A DNA stretch of 64,000 nt. Origin: Octopus sinensis (taxonomy: Eukaryota). The notes below the pieces were generated by a model, which worked only from the letters and a program-made list of their open reading frames with translations, did not search any database and had not been told where the DNA came from. Shown one piece after another: positions 52,169 to 64,000 of the stretch; position 1 is the first letter of the stretch, and every line of letters begins with the position of its first letter. Position numbers and translations under genes: made by a program. The stretch spans positions 67,456,001 through 67,520,000 of the forward strand of contig NC_043001.1 in assembly GCF_006345805.1 (NCBI RefSeq), given 5' to 3'.

Positions 52169-54849
52169 CCTGAAAGTAGTAGAACTTAGTAATTGGTTTG
52201 AAAGAGAAAATTAGACATACATTTAGTAGCGGAACATTATAACAATAACGAATATATAATAACATTGAAAGTCGACATATTTTTTAACTGTTGACGATAC
52301 ACAAAAAATAATTTCATTTTTGGAATCATTTTTGGAATGTTACGTTGTGTAATATATTATTCACTAAGGAAGATATTCCGTTTCAACACACGTCACATCA
52401 AGAATGTTGCAAAATAAATGCTTAAACAAATATATGTATCTTTTATTTTTTACTTGTTTCGCTTATTAGACTGTGGCCATGCTACGGCACTGCTTTGAAT
52501 TTTTAGTTGCATGATTCAACCCCAGTACTTATTTCTTTCCTAAGCTTGGTACTCATTCTATCTCTTTTGCCAAACCATTAAGTTTTGGGGACGTAAACAT
52601 ACCAACACTGGTACTGTACAAACATTAACACTTCTTCCAGTTTCCCTCCAGCAAATCTACTCACAAGTCTTTGGTTAACTCAAGGCTACAGTAGAAGACA
52701 CTTGCTCAAGGTGCCATGCAATGGGACTGAACTCAAAACCATGTGGTTGGAAAGCAAGCTTCTTACTACACAACCATATTTGTGCCTATATATGTATATT
52801 TAAATTATTTTTGATAGAAGCTGCAAAGAGACTCCAAAGGTTGAGAGTTTCACTTTGTAACTTCTATGGATTACATATGAAAAAAATATATGTATATTTG
52901 TTTTGAGTACTTGTCATGTGTATGCAAACATCATTATGTGTGTGTGTGTGTGTGTATGTGTGTGTGCATACACGTGTGTGTATGTGTGTGTGCATGCATA
53001 TATATATATTGACTATAATAACATTTAATATTACATATCTACATGAAATAAATATATCTTGCAATGTCTGTGCTGGCTCAATTGAATTTTGCTGTAAAAT
53101 TAGTTTTATTTTTCTCATCCCCACCTTTGTCTCTCTCCCTTCCATCTTACTGCATGTATGGATATATATATATATATATGTATGTTTGTATATATATGTG
53201 TGTGTGTGTGTGTGTATATGTATATATATATATGTGTGTGTGAGAGAGAGAGAGGGAGAGAAAGGAAGGAAGAGAGAGTGAGAGAGAGAGAGAGAAATGG
53301 TATTTTATAATAAGCTCTCTGTCTCTCTCTTTCTTACTCCAATAGCAACCATAGATGGTAGCACCAACAATTGCCAGTCAAATTTCCCAATTTCCTACAC
53401 ATATATGTAAATACACATCTATACACACTCACACATAAATACACATATGCACACACATATATACACGTGTACATTTATACATATAAACTTACATGTATAC
53501 ATATATACACACACACACATACATATGTCCCTTTCTCTCTCTTTTAATAAATATAAACTTTCGCTTGTAACAGTATTTATTAAATTGTCATGAAATATTA
53601 AAAATGATCATCTTCACAGCAGCAACAAAAAATGTCATATTACCCACCTCCAATCAGTATAATATATTTTATAAATTAATAAAACTTATGAAATAAGATT
53701 GGTTAGTGACCTGTGAAGTGATGTAAGGTCTGGACTTTCAAGAAAAACCTTTTCTTTGTGAGTCATCTTCCCCCACAGCACAAGAAGCTGTTCTGTTTCA
53801 AATATTGGAATTTCTAATATTTAGGGTCTTATCTTTACAAATTTTTGCAAAGAATTTTATTTTTCTGTCAATGTAGGTCAGACATTTCCTCAGGTCCAAA
53901 GGGCTGGGTAGAAAAAAACTTGCCCAAGGGCACATGTCATGTGACTGAACCTTAAACTGGACAGGAAGCAAAACTTCTTAACCATAGAACCAGCCTACCT
54001 GCACCTCCCCACTCACTCTGTATTATAAACACACACACATCATCATCATCATCATTTGATCTCTGTTTTCCATCTGACACGAGTTGGATGGTTTGACAGG
54101 AGCTGGCAAATTAGAAACTGCACCCAGCTCTGCTGTCTGCTTTGGCATGGTTTCTGCAGTTGGATGCCCTTAGCACCAACCACTTTACAGAATGCACTGG
54201 GTGCTTTTTATGTGGCACCAGCAACAGTGAGGTCACCAGATAATTTACAACACAAGACTCTTCAGCTTAGTATTGAGGAAAGTGGCTTTGTACCTGATAA
54301 GACATTACAATGTGAGTAGAGGGACTGAAATAGGTGTCTTGCAGCAAAAATACAAGGCTACCTCAGTAGGGGAGAGGGAAAGGATAAAGAGGGAAGAAAG
54401 AAGAGGATAATGTGACAGTGGGACACACTCAGGTTACAGGGAAAGTGAAGTGAAGTGAAGTGAAGTGGGACCAACGATTGGATAGGGTAGTAGGTGAGTA
54501 AATTCACAAGATTGCAAAAGGAGGTGGAGGGAAGGGAATGTAATGAGTGGCTACAAAAAGAGGGTGGGGTTGTTAGGAGGTTACTTTCTAAGGAAGAGAT
54601 TCAACAGGGATTGGAAAATAGAGTCAAGAAGGGTACAGTGGATGGTGAGCATAGGTAGAGGGAAAAGGAAGATGGGATGTGGAGGAGTGATTTATGAGGG
54701 ACAGATTGTTTGCAGGGTAAGGTTGGGCACAGACATAAAATACATACCTTTATGGCCTGGATTTTACTTAGCTGGGCAGGTCTTTTCAAGCACAGCAATT
54801 CACCAATTCTCTCATTCTTTTATTATCCTCCCTGTGAGTCGCAACACCT

Positions 54850-55195
54850 GAAGATCCTTTTTCACCACTTTGTTCCATGCATTCCTGGTTTTTTTCTTCC
54901 ACAAGTTCCCTCAACGTTTACAGATTGGAACTTCTTTATGCAACTGTCTTCATCCATATGTGTCACACAACCATACCAACATAGTCTTCTCTCTTGCACA
55001 CTACATCTGATGTCTTTTATACCTAATTTTTCTCTCAACATATTTATACTTTGTTGTCTATGCACACTGATATTTTACATCCAGCAAAGCATGCTAGCTT
55101 CATTTCTTTCAAGACTTTGCATGTCCTCTGCAGCCACAGCCCATGTTTCACTACCATATAGCAAAGCTATTTGTAAACACACATCATACAACTGA
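54850..55195 (-). pseudogene. RTE C-terminal fragment
   Basis: LREKLGIKDIRCSVQERRLCWYGCV.HMDEDSCIKK. Confidence 0.8.
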
Positions 55196-55334
55196 CTATG
55201 AAGAAATGATGTTGGAGCTGTGAAATCTTGCATGCTTTAATTTCAACACTTCTTATTAAAACCTGCATTGTTTCATTCCAAGTAAACTAACATCTGACAG
55301 TTCAAAGGACACATCAAAAGTAACTCTCTTGAAA

Positions 55335-56190
55335 CTCGACAAAATTTGGCATTGTGGTGTTATCAGGTACTTGCAAAAAGGGCTTACCCCCCAAGAACAT
55401 TCATGCTGACATAGTTTCTAGTGTACCTTAGATGATGTTCCAGCTTTATAGCGGTGCAAGAGTGGATAGGTGCATTTAAGAGCAGAAGAAAGAGATTTGA
55501 AGATGGCCCAAGGTCTAGATATCCTGCAACTGCCACCACCGAGGAAAACATTAATTGTGTTCACTGCATGGTGATCAATGACAGGCAACTGACTATAAAT
55601 CAAATATGGAATGCTTTTAGCATATCCCATATTCTGCATGATGAATTTGATATGATGATGGTTTCTGCTTGGTGGGTGCCATATCTTCTGATACCTGATC
55701 AAAAGTGCAACTGGCTGATCATATCATGAGAAAATCTGACATTGTTTCAGGCAGATCCAACTAGTTTTCTTGAATGTTTTCTAACTCAGGATGAGTGTTT
55801 GGTTCATCGCTTTGAGCCAGAAACAAAAAGACAATCCATGCAATGGAAATACTTCTTCTCACTTGATCCAAACAAGGCCAAGGTTGTTTCATCTGCTGCA
55901 GGGAAGGTGACAGTCTCAGTTTTTGAAGATGAAAAAGGCATTGTCTCAATTGACTATCTTGAAAAGGGCCATCTCATCAATGGGGAGTACTATGCCAACT
56001 TGCTGAGGCAGTTACAAAAGGATATCTAGACCAAGTGTCCAGGAAATCTGATGAAAGGAGTCTTGTTTCATCAGGAAAATGCTCCCCCACACAAGTCCTT
56101 GCTTTCAGTGGCTGCTGTGCATGACTGTGGCTTTGAACTGGCTGCTCACTCTCCCTGTTCTCCTGATTTCACCTCATTTGAATATCATCT
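55335..56190 (+). pseudogene. mariner transposase, decayed and 3'-truncated
   Basis: FEDGPRSRYP, VSAWWVPYLL (WVPHEL-like), TQDECLVHRFEPETKRQSMQW, FHQENAPPH, HSPCSPDF (YSPDL-like). Confidence 0.9.
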
Positions 56191-56269
56191 GTTCTTTCTC
56201 TGGACTGGTTTGTATCTTGGAGTCATTCTAGCCAGAAATCTGAAGTCACTGATGACTAACCTATGCTGA

Positions 56270-56520
56270 GGAGTACATTCTTCACCCAAGCAGGCTGTTG
56301 CATTTATGAGCAACAGTCTGTCCCACTTTCTGGTGATAAAGTAATCAATGTTGCTTGTGTGGCCACCAGACTGATAGGTGATCAGGTAGTTGGCTGGTTT
56401 CCTAAAGTTAGTTTTGATGATCATTAGGTCATTTGCATAACAAAACTTCAATAGCCTTGTTCCCTCCATGCACATCATAGAAGCCACCAGCCATGAAGAT
56501 AAGGTCACTGTCATTTGTCA
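56270..56520 (-). pseudogene. RTE endonuclease fragment
   Basis: NDLMIIKTNFRKP...ITYQSGG..SNIDYF...QHRLVISDF. Confidence 0.8.
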
Positions 56521-56959
56521 TTGAGGTAAGCAGAGGCAGAAATAATAGTTGCTGTTCTACTTTGCAAAATTAGTCTAAGCATATGTATCCTATTGCTCAC
56601 TCTGACAACCCCCAATCAACTTATTCACCTATTTCTCAACTAAAAGTATGCCGAAACCTCCTACCCCGTCACTGTTTCCTTTCCAGAAGATTTTATTCCT
56701 ACATTTTATTCCTGTGAGAAACCTGACTGAGGTTTCTTTCCACCTTCTTGAATGCAATGCACATCTACCCACTTTCATTCTAGCATCTCATTAATCTCAC
56801 CAGACCAACCTTTCAGTGTGCCTACATTGACTGTGCCAACTCTAAGGATATAAACAGGGAAGAAAGAGTGAACAAGGAGAAGGGGGTGGTCAGCACCTAA
56901 AAAGGAAAATTGCACAGGTGTTTTTCAGCAGGAATAATGATTACACAAGTAAGTATTAA

Positions 56960-57890
56960 CAGATATTGGATACTCGTTGGCTCCAGCTCATATCATCAGT
57001 TTCTATCCAGTCTCCTTGGCTGATGCTTGTGCTGAATGTGACTTTGGAGTCCAAGATGGTGGTGAAAGAATTGCGAGCAGAATTTTCACAGGGTGGTCGA
57101 TGCAGGTCAAGGATGTTAAAGACGCTCCTTTCTTCTCCTGTGTTTCACCTCCTCATTCAGTTGTCTGTTCTGCTCGAAGGAGCTGGACCCATTGCAGATA
57201 GCAGTCCTCCAGGCTGTCCTATTCAAGGCAGTCTATTCCCATGTGGATGGCTGGATGTTTGTTTGATCCAGACTCCATTTGAGCTGGTCTTTAAAACAAA
57301 ATTCCGGACCTCCTCTGGGTCTCCATAGAGCATGATCCTCAGGAGACGAGGGGGCTCCATATGCTGGACATGACCTGCCCAGTGGAGACGATGGCTTTGA
57401 ATGGTGGCTTTGATGCTTGGTAGTGAGGATGGTGAAGAACCTAGTTGCTGGTAATGTGATCTTCCCATCGAATATTGAGGATCTGTCTGTTGTAGCTTGG
57501 ATTGTTAGAAGCATTCAAGGCACTTGAAGTCACAGTGGTACAGTGTCCAAGTCTCAGAAGTGTAGAGAAGAGATGACAGGACAATGTCATGGAAGACCAT
57601 GATCTTTGTCCAGATAGTCAGCATGTGATTGAAGAATACATGATAGCTGAGTCTACTGAAGGTGGAGTGGGTTGCCCTGGTCTGGTTTTCCACATCCTTT
57701 TCACACATGGGGGTCTTTGAAAGGATACTCCCAAGGTGTGAGAGGTGTTCAACTTCTTCTAGGGGCTTGATGTTGATGCTAATGATCATGGGTGGACTGT
57801 TCTGGTTTGGTGCAGGTTGGATCAGGGTCCGCGTATAAGACCTTGGTCCATTTGATCATGTTTGCTTGCTGCAAAGTATGAAATATAAAA
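56960..57890 (-). pseudogene. RTE (BovB-like) RT/C-terminal fragment
   Basis: LEEVEHLSHLGSILS, LLYTSETWTLY, RLHWAGHVQHME..RL.RIMLYG. Confidence 0.85.
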
Positions 57891-57934
57891 CTTAGGTTTT
57901 GCTGATTTTTCACTTCCTTCAGTGGACATTAAAC

Positions 57935-58453
57935 TCTGCTTGCAAAGACCTGTTGAGGCAAGTGAAATCAAAATCAAATCAAATTCGCAAATTTGATGAC
58001 TGACACCAATGTCAGTGGAGTGCTAAGAGCACCATCTGAGTGTGATCACTGCCAGAGCAGCTGACTGGCTTCCATGCCAGTGGCACATAAAAAGCACCAT
58101 TCAAACGTGATTGTTACCAGTGTCACTTTACTGGCACTTGTGCCGGTGGCACATGAAAAAAATTCGAGCGAGGTCGTTGCCAGTGCCACTGGACTGGCTC
58201 TTGTGCAGTTGGCACATAGAAAACACCACTTGAACATGGCCGTTCCCAGTACCGCCTGATTGGCCCTTGTGCCGGTGGCATGTAAAAGCACCCACTACAC
58301 TCTCAGAGTGGTTGGCGTTAGGAAGGGCATCCAGCTGTAGAAACTCTGCCAGATCAGATTGGAGCCTGCTGCAGCCATCTGGTTCGCCAGTCCTCAGTCA
58401 AATCGTCTAACCTATGCTAGCATGGAAAGCGGACATTAAACGATGATGATGAT
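57935..58453 (+). mobile_element. SINE-like element with RTE-type tail and GTGCCGGTGGCAC sub-repeats (family D)
   Basis: ...GGTTGGCGTTAGGAAGGGCATCCAGCTGTAGAAAC...GGAC(G/A)TTAAACGATGATGAT. Other copies at 59545-59791 and 60255-60612, and on the minus strand at 35393, 45332 and 54040. Confidence 0.75.
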
Positions 58454-58484
58454 GTGTATATATATATGTGCGTGTATATTTATA

Positions 58485-58535
<51 letters not shown>

Positions 58536-58604
58536 AATATATATATATATGTATGCATATATATGTATATATATATATATAATATATATATATGTATATA
58601 TATG

Positions 58605-58639
<35 letters not shown>

Positions 58640-59802
58640 CACTCGCTTTCACAGGCTTAGCCAATACCGCAGGATGAAAAACATCAGCTAAGTTCCCGAC
58701 CTGTTTCCTCTTTTCATTGTTTTTGCAAGCCTTATTGTTATTGTATTCCCATATCGTTGTCTTTCGTCTCAAATGCTAGCTGAAGCATAAAAACTTTCAC
58801 TCACAAAAACTTATTCACACCACCGCAAAGCATTTCATCTCAATCCTGTCTTCTTTCTGCCGCCTAAAACCCCATCTTCTCCCAATGCGCGGTGCGCCCG
58901 CCCGCCCTCCCCCACCACCAATACCGGTGAACACTGTTCTCACCATCTACGCCGGATACTCCCTCTTATGTTTCTCTATCTGTCTAACTATTTATCAAAT
59001 TTCTCTATCTATCTATCTATCTTCATTCGTCTAAAATCAAACTTCGTATCTTCGCGCCATCTTGAAGTATGTCCCCTCTAATACACATGTTCTCTCTCTC
59101 TCTCTCTCTCTCACTCTCTCATTCATCTCCAAGCTGTAGTCCTGAGTGCAGATAAGTTGAATGCTTAATTTTCACTTCGGTTACCATTTATTTATGTTTC
59201 TCTATCTGTCTAACTATTTATCAAATTTCTCTATCTATCTAATTTCTCTATCTATCTTCATTCGTCTAAAATCAAACTTCGTATCTTCGCGGTGCACCCA
59301 CCCTGCCCACCCCCACCATCAATACCGGATATCTCTATATTTTGCTCCATCTATACCGGATGTCGCTTCTCCCACCACCATTATAGGTGTCTACTCTTCG
59401 AACCCCCCTCTTCAATACGCTATTTCACCATGCATTACCCCTCTCTCGATATCCTACGTTCTACTTGCCTAGAACCTGTCATCATTTCTCTGAACCACCC
59501 CTCCCCACTGGTGCTCCCCTATATTTCTGCACCCCCCCCCCGTAAAAAAGCACCATCCGAACGTGGCCGATGCCAGACCCTTCTGGCACCTGTGCAGGTG
59601 GCACGTAAAAAACACCCACTACACTCGCGGAGTGGTTGGCGTTAGGAAGGGCATCCAGCTGTAGAAACACTGCCAGACTAGACTGGAGCCTGGGGCAGTC
59701 CCGAGCTCCCCAGACCCCGTCGAAACCGTCCAACCCGTGCTAGCGCGGAAAACGGACGTTAAACGATGATGATGATGATGATGATGATGATGTATATATA
59801 TG

Positions 59803-59834
<32 letters not shown>

Positions 59835-59875
59835 TACATATATATACATATATACATGCATATATGTATGTGTGT

Positions 59876-60230
59876 GGAGGTGCAATGGCCCAGTGGTTAG
59901 GGCAGTGGACTTGCAGTCGTAGGATCGTGGTTTTGATTCCCAGGCTGGGCATTGTGAGTATTTATTGAGTGAAAACACCTAATGCTCCATGAGGCTCTGA
60001 CAGGGCATGGTGGCGAACCCTGCTGTACTCGTTCACCACAACTTTCTTCCTGTTTCTGTTGTACTTGTATTTCAAAGGGCCAATCTTGTCGCACTGAATC
60101 TCTCAAGAACTATGTTAAGGGTACACATGTTAGTGGTGTGCTCCGCCACTTGCGTGTTAATTTCATGAGCAGGCTGTTCCATTGATCAGATCAACTGGAA
60201 TCCTCATCATCATAACTAACAGAGTGCCAC
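59876..60230 (+). mobile_element. Full-length tRNA-derived SINE (family C)
   Basis: A-box TGGCCCAGTGG and B-box-like GGTTTTGATTCC head, followed by a body unrelated to tRNA. A head-only copy lies at 46126-46170. Confidence 0.8.
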
Positions 60231-61502
60231 GATATGCATACATACATACATACATATAAAAAGCACCATCCATTCGTGGCCGTTGCTAGCCTAGCCTGGA
60301 CCCCGTGCCGGTGGCACGTAAAAAGCACCATCCGTTCGTGGCTATTGCCAGCCTCGCCTGGCCCCCATGCCGGTGGCACATAAAAAGCTCCATCCGATCG
60401 TGGCCGTTTGCCAGACTTGTCTGGCACCTGTACCGGTGGCACGTAAAAAGCACCTACTACACTCATGGAGTGGTTAGCGTTAGGAAGGGCATCCAGCCGT
60501 AGAAACATTGCCAGATCAAACTGGGCCTGGTGCAGCCTTCTGGCTTCCCAGATCCCAGTTGAACCGTCCAACCCATGCTAGCATGGAAAGCGGACGCTAA
60601 ACGATGATAATGATATATATACACACACATATATATACACAACCATGTGTGTGGTGAATGTGTATTTGTGTCTGAAATTATGTATTGGTGCCTTTGCCAC
60701 AGTATTTATAAAATTTTGGTCATGTTAAAGTCTAAATTGCTCGTGAATTTGTATTTTTCTAAATTTTCCTTACAGAAATGTAATTCCTTCCACAATATTC
60801 ATTTTACTTCACTTTTCATTTCCTTCTATTCTAAGATCTTTCTTTAGATTTCTTCACAATTTTGATTTTTTTCCCATAGCTCTTTTCTGTGTCTTTGTAG
60901 TTAAGTTGTAATAAACTTTCCCTGTGATTCCGTCATCCCATCACTTCACCACCCTGTCTTCCCGTCCTTTCTCTCTTGTCCTTTATTACTCTACTCTCTC
61001 TCCCACCAAATTCGTCATCACTTATCCACCCCCTTTAGTTCATATTTAACCAGAGGAAACCGTTTTTGTAGACATCATTGCCTATGAAAACTATTATTAA
61101 AACAAAAATTGGAAATATAAAAAAAATGCAAATATAAAAATAAAAATATTAATAAATCCCTTGAAACTCAGTTGGCCTCTTCCTTTTCTTCTTCTTCTCT
61201 TCCTCCTTACTATCTTCACTTTCTTCTCATCTTCTTCCACCTCATCCTCCTCTCCTTCATCTTCTTTTCCTCTCTCTATTCTTACTTTCCTTCCCTCTTC
61301 CTTCACATTTCTAATAAATATTCTGTTACTCAGACAAAGGAAGTTCTGCAAGAATGAATTCTGTACTTTAATTAATTTCTATGAATTTCGAGATTTATTT
61401 TTTTTAATTTTAAAGTAGTAACAGCAGTAATAGTAGTTTCAGCTGCTGTAATTCATCAACAATTTTCATAAAATACTTTGTAACATACACACACACACAC
61501 AC

Positions 61503-61573
<71 letters not shown>

Positions 61574-61739
61574 TATATGTATATATGTATTGTAAAAATC
61601 CTTTGTAAAAGTGATAATTATATTTCTTTGAGTGAATAAAAATTATAATTTGTGGATAATATCCTAGGATCCTGGAGGATGGAGTACATGATATAGTTTC
61701 AATATACAATAATAAGCCTTTCACAATATTTATATTTAA

Positions 61740-61961
61740 CCCTTTCGATACCAACCTGGCTGAAACCAGCTCTGGCTCTTTAGTACAAATGTCTTATTTT
61801 CATAAGTTTTGAATAAAAATCTTCCACCAAACCTTAGTCATAATTTATGTTCCTAACACTAGCTTAATGATAACTAAGTTATTTTACTAAATTCTTTGTT
61901 ATATTTAAAACTAATTGAAAGAAAGACAGAGCATCTCAAAATAAATACGGTAATGAAAGGG
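61740..61961. mobile_element. piggyBac-type MITE
   Basis: TTAA-CCCTTTCGATACC ... GGTAATGAAAGGG-TTAA: TTAA TSD with 11/13 matching TIRs. Confidence 0.9.
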
Positions 61962-62323
61962 TTAAGAAGGGCATGAATACCAAACAACCTTGCTTATTTG
62001 TCAATGAATCTGTATTTTTACACGAAGTATCAGATGAAAGTTGAAACCTGTTAGGTGTCTGTCTGTTTGTCTGTTTCTCTGTTGACTGTTTCCCTGTCTC
62101 TGTATGTGTGTGTATGGTGTTGTATTTTAGGAGGGACATTCTGCCAACAAAAACTCTCACACAATAGTTACAGTGCTATTAATTAATTAATTAATTAATC
62201 AATTAACAAAGTAATTTAACATTAGTTTTTTGGGGGTTTTTTGTATTAACAAAATGACCCTCCTAAGGTATAATAACAATATCACTTTTATCACAGAGTT
62301 TAACATCAAGAATATTGAAAATG

Positions 62324-62364
<41 letters not shown>

Positions 62365-62392
62365 AAAAAAGCAACAAGAATGGATTAAAATA

Positions 62393-62476
62393 TCGGTACA
62401 ATTGTTTCGTACGAGGACATCTTTAATAAGCTACAAAAAATGCAATAAATATAGATGGCTCGTACTCGTCAGCCGA
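62393..62476 (-). ncRNA. Intact minimal hammerhead ribozyme with extended stem II
   Basis: TCGG-CTGACGA-GTACGAG...CTCGTAC-GAAAC-AATT-GTA-CCGA: complete core, GUA cleavage site and palindromic loop 3. Confidence 0.85.
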
Positions 62477-62936
62477 AAAAACATCAGAGATTCCCAAACA
62501 TCAAAAGGGGTAGATACAAATGAGGGTGTGAGTTTAACTGCATTGAAGAAAGTTCGATTCCTGGAGATCCTATGAAAGGTCTTGAACTTACAGAATTTAT
62601 GCATGTCCATATATAGTTCATATTGAATTGTTAATCAAGTTATGTGAAGAAATTCTGGATACAACCGTGCGAAATTTCCAAGAATCCTCGCAAGAAGCAA
62701 AGTGACAATCTTATTGTGTAGAGGAACAGATTGTTATTGAAATTTACAAGAATCACAGAGAAGTTCGATTCCTGGAGATCCGATGAAAGGTCTTGAACTT
62801 ACAGAATATGTGCATGTGCATATATAGTTCATAGTGAATTGTTAATCAAGTTATGTGAAGAAATTTTGGATACAATCATGCGAAATTTCTGAGAATCCGA
62901 GTAAGAAGCAAAGTGACAGTCATATCCTGTCGAGTA

Positions 62937-63016
62937 CTGACGAGTACGAGCCATCTATATTTACTGCATTTTTTGTAGCTTATTAAAGATGTCCTCGTAC
63001 GAAACAATTGTACCGA
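62937..63016 (+). ncRNA. Inverted hammerhead copy lacking the 5' strand of stem I
   Basis: Same core, stem II and stem III, but preceded by GAGTA instead of TCGG. Confidence 0.7.
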
Positions 63017-63166
63017 TATTTTAATCCATTCTTGTTGCTTTTTTCCTATTTGTAATCACCCCATTTGTCGTATGGTTAACACCATATAGATTTCCGGTGC
63101 ATCCTAGTTAAGGACCCTATTCATGTGAATTCATTAGAATTCACTTGAATCTCAATTACTTAAACC

Positions 63167-63205
<39 letters not shown>

Positions 63206-63757
63206 GGATCACAGATCCTCCCCAAGTCATAAGGTTCATAAGGCCGATTTCCTGAATTCTGTGGCATACATTTTCCTCACTGAGTTACTCATTTTTGCCA
63301 ATTGAGTGGACTGGAAAAATGTGAAATGAAGTGTTTTGCTTGAGAACACCTGGTTCAGGAATTGAAACCACAACCTTATGTTCATGAGTGCAACAATCTA
63401 ACCACTAAGCAATGCACCTAACTTTGCTTTCCCAATCAACTCATTTTTTGCAAAAAGACTTCCCAACAGCAATAATACTGCATCTCTGTCTGTTTGAAAT
63501 TCAATTTCTTAAGCCTGTAGAACCACTAAATGATAATGACTTTTGGAAACTTTGTTTTATTCCACTAAAGTACAGAGAGAAAATAACACCATATATAAAG
63601 CCTATACTGAATTGACTGAGAGCAAATTTGAGATATGTTTTACTAGACTATGCACTCCTATAGGTATTGAGAGAAGTGACTTTCAACACTTTTTCCAAGT
63701 ACATTTGAGTTTTGAAAGAAACTGGCTGCATTTAAAATAAAATAAAACATTTTATAT

Positions 63758-64000
63758 GTGCAAGTACTGTGTGGTAAGAAGCTTGCTTCCTAACCACATG
63801 GTTCCAGGTTTAGTCCTCTGTATGGCATCTTGGGCAGGTATCTTCCACTATAGCCTCGGGCCAACCAAAGCCTTGTGAATGGCTCTGGCAGATGGAAACT
63901 AAAAGAAGCCTGTTGTATACATGTGTGTGTTTGTGTCTTTGTCCCCCAACACCACTTGACAACCAGTGTTGTTGTTTTTATGTCCCTGTAACTTAGCAGT
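63758..64000 (+). mobile_element. 5' part of SINE family B (runs off the window)
   Basis: TGTGTGGTAAGAAGCTTGCTTCCTAACCACATGGTTCCAGGTTTAGTCC head followed by GCCTCGGGCCAACCAAAGCCTTGTGA core. Confidence 0.8.

Larger units (their letters stand above)
62361..63167. mobile_element. (TA)n-flanked Penelope-like element with inverted hammerhead arms and an internal 211-bp tandem repeat
   Basis: 62361-62472 is the reverse complement of 62937-63048 (one mismatch). Repeat units start at 62550 and 62761, and (TA)n lies on both sides. Confidence 0.75.

Noticed and set aside
58638-58675. Very degenerate hammerhead-like fold next to (TA)n (minus strand)
   Set aside because: The core reads CTGCGGT and the cleavage position would be G. 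Too decayed to claim, though it may be a relic of the same class.
59876-59950. tRNA gene
   Set aside because: It has A/B boxes but no complete cloverleaf and continues into a repeated SINE body.
60255-60460. CRISPR-like look of palindromic ~60-bp repeats (also the 211-bp and 229-bp tandems)
   Set aside because: Eukaryotic context, no unique spacers and no cas genes; the intervening sequences are homologous to each other.
1118-61754. Dozens of ORFs rich in YI, CV, HT, poly-I, poly-N or poly-K
   Set aside because: They are translations of (TA)n, (CA)n, (ATT)n and (GAA)n microsatellites, not genes.
63543-63740. 65-aa non-repetitive ORF / candidate 93-nt exon
   Set aside because: No recognisable domain; plausible splice sites occur on both strands, as expected by chance in AT-rich DNA.

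Overview
AT-rich, microsatellite-dense animal DNA, almost certainly from an octopus (inferred from recognisable SINE/LINE families, not from a database search). No intact host gene could be identified. Nearly every ORF in the supplied track is translated microsatellite or a decayed transposon. The window holds nested mobile elements: RTE LINEs (one near full length), R4/Dong-type RLE retrotransposons sitting in (TAA)n, an unclassified ~555-bp (TAA)n-embedded element (4 copies), several SINE families, decayed Tc1, mariner, piggyBac, Chapaev3-type and Helitron coding sequences, MITEs, Helentron/HINE-like elements and a probable solo LTR. The most interesting signal is absent from the ORF track: a set of minimal hammerhead ribozymes with palindromic loop 3 (Penelope-type), mostly in short elements that abut or lie between (TA)n microsatellites. 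Two look intact (15845-15951 and 62393-62476, both minus strand), both with unusually long stem II arms. One belongs to a near-perfect inverted pair, two damaged copies form a 495-nt tandem, and several decayed copies are also present. All structures were derived by eye and none has been tested.
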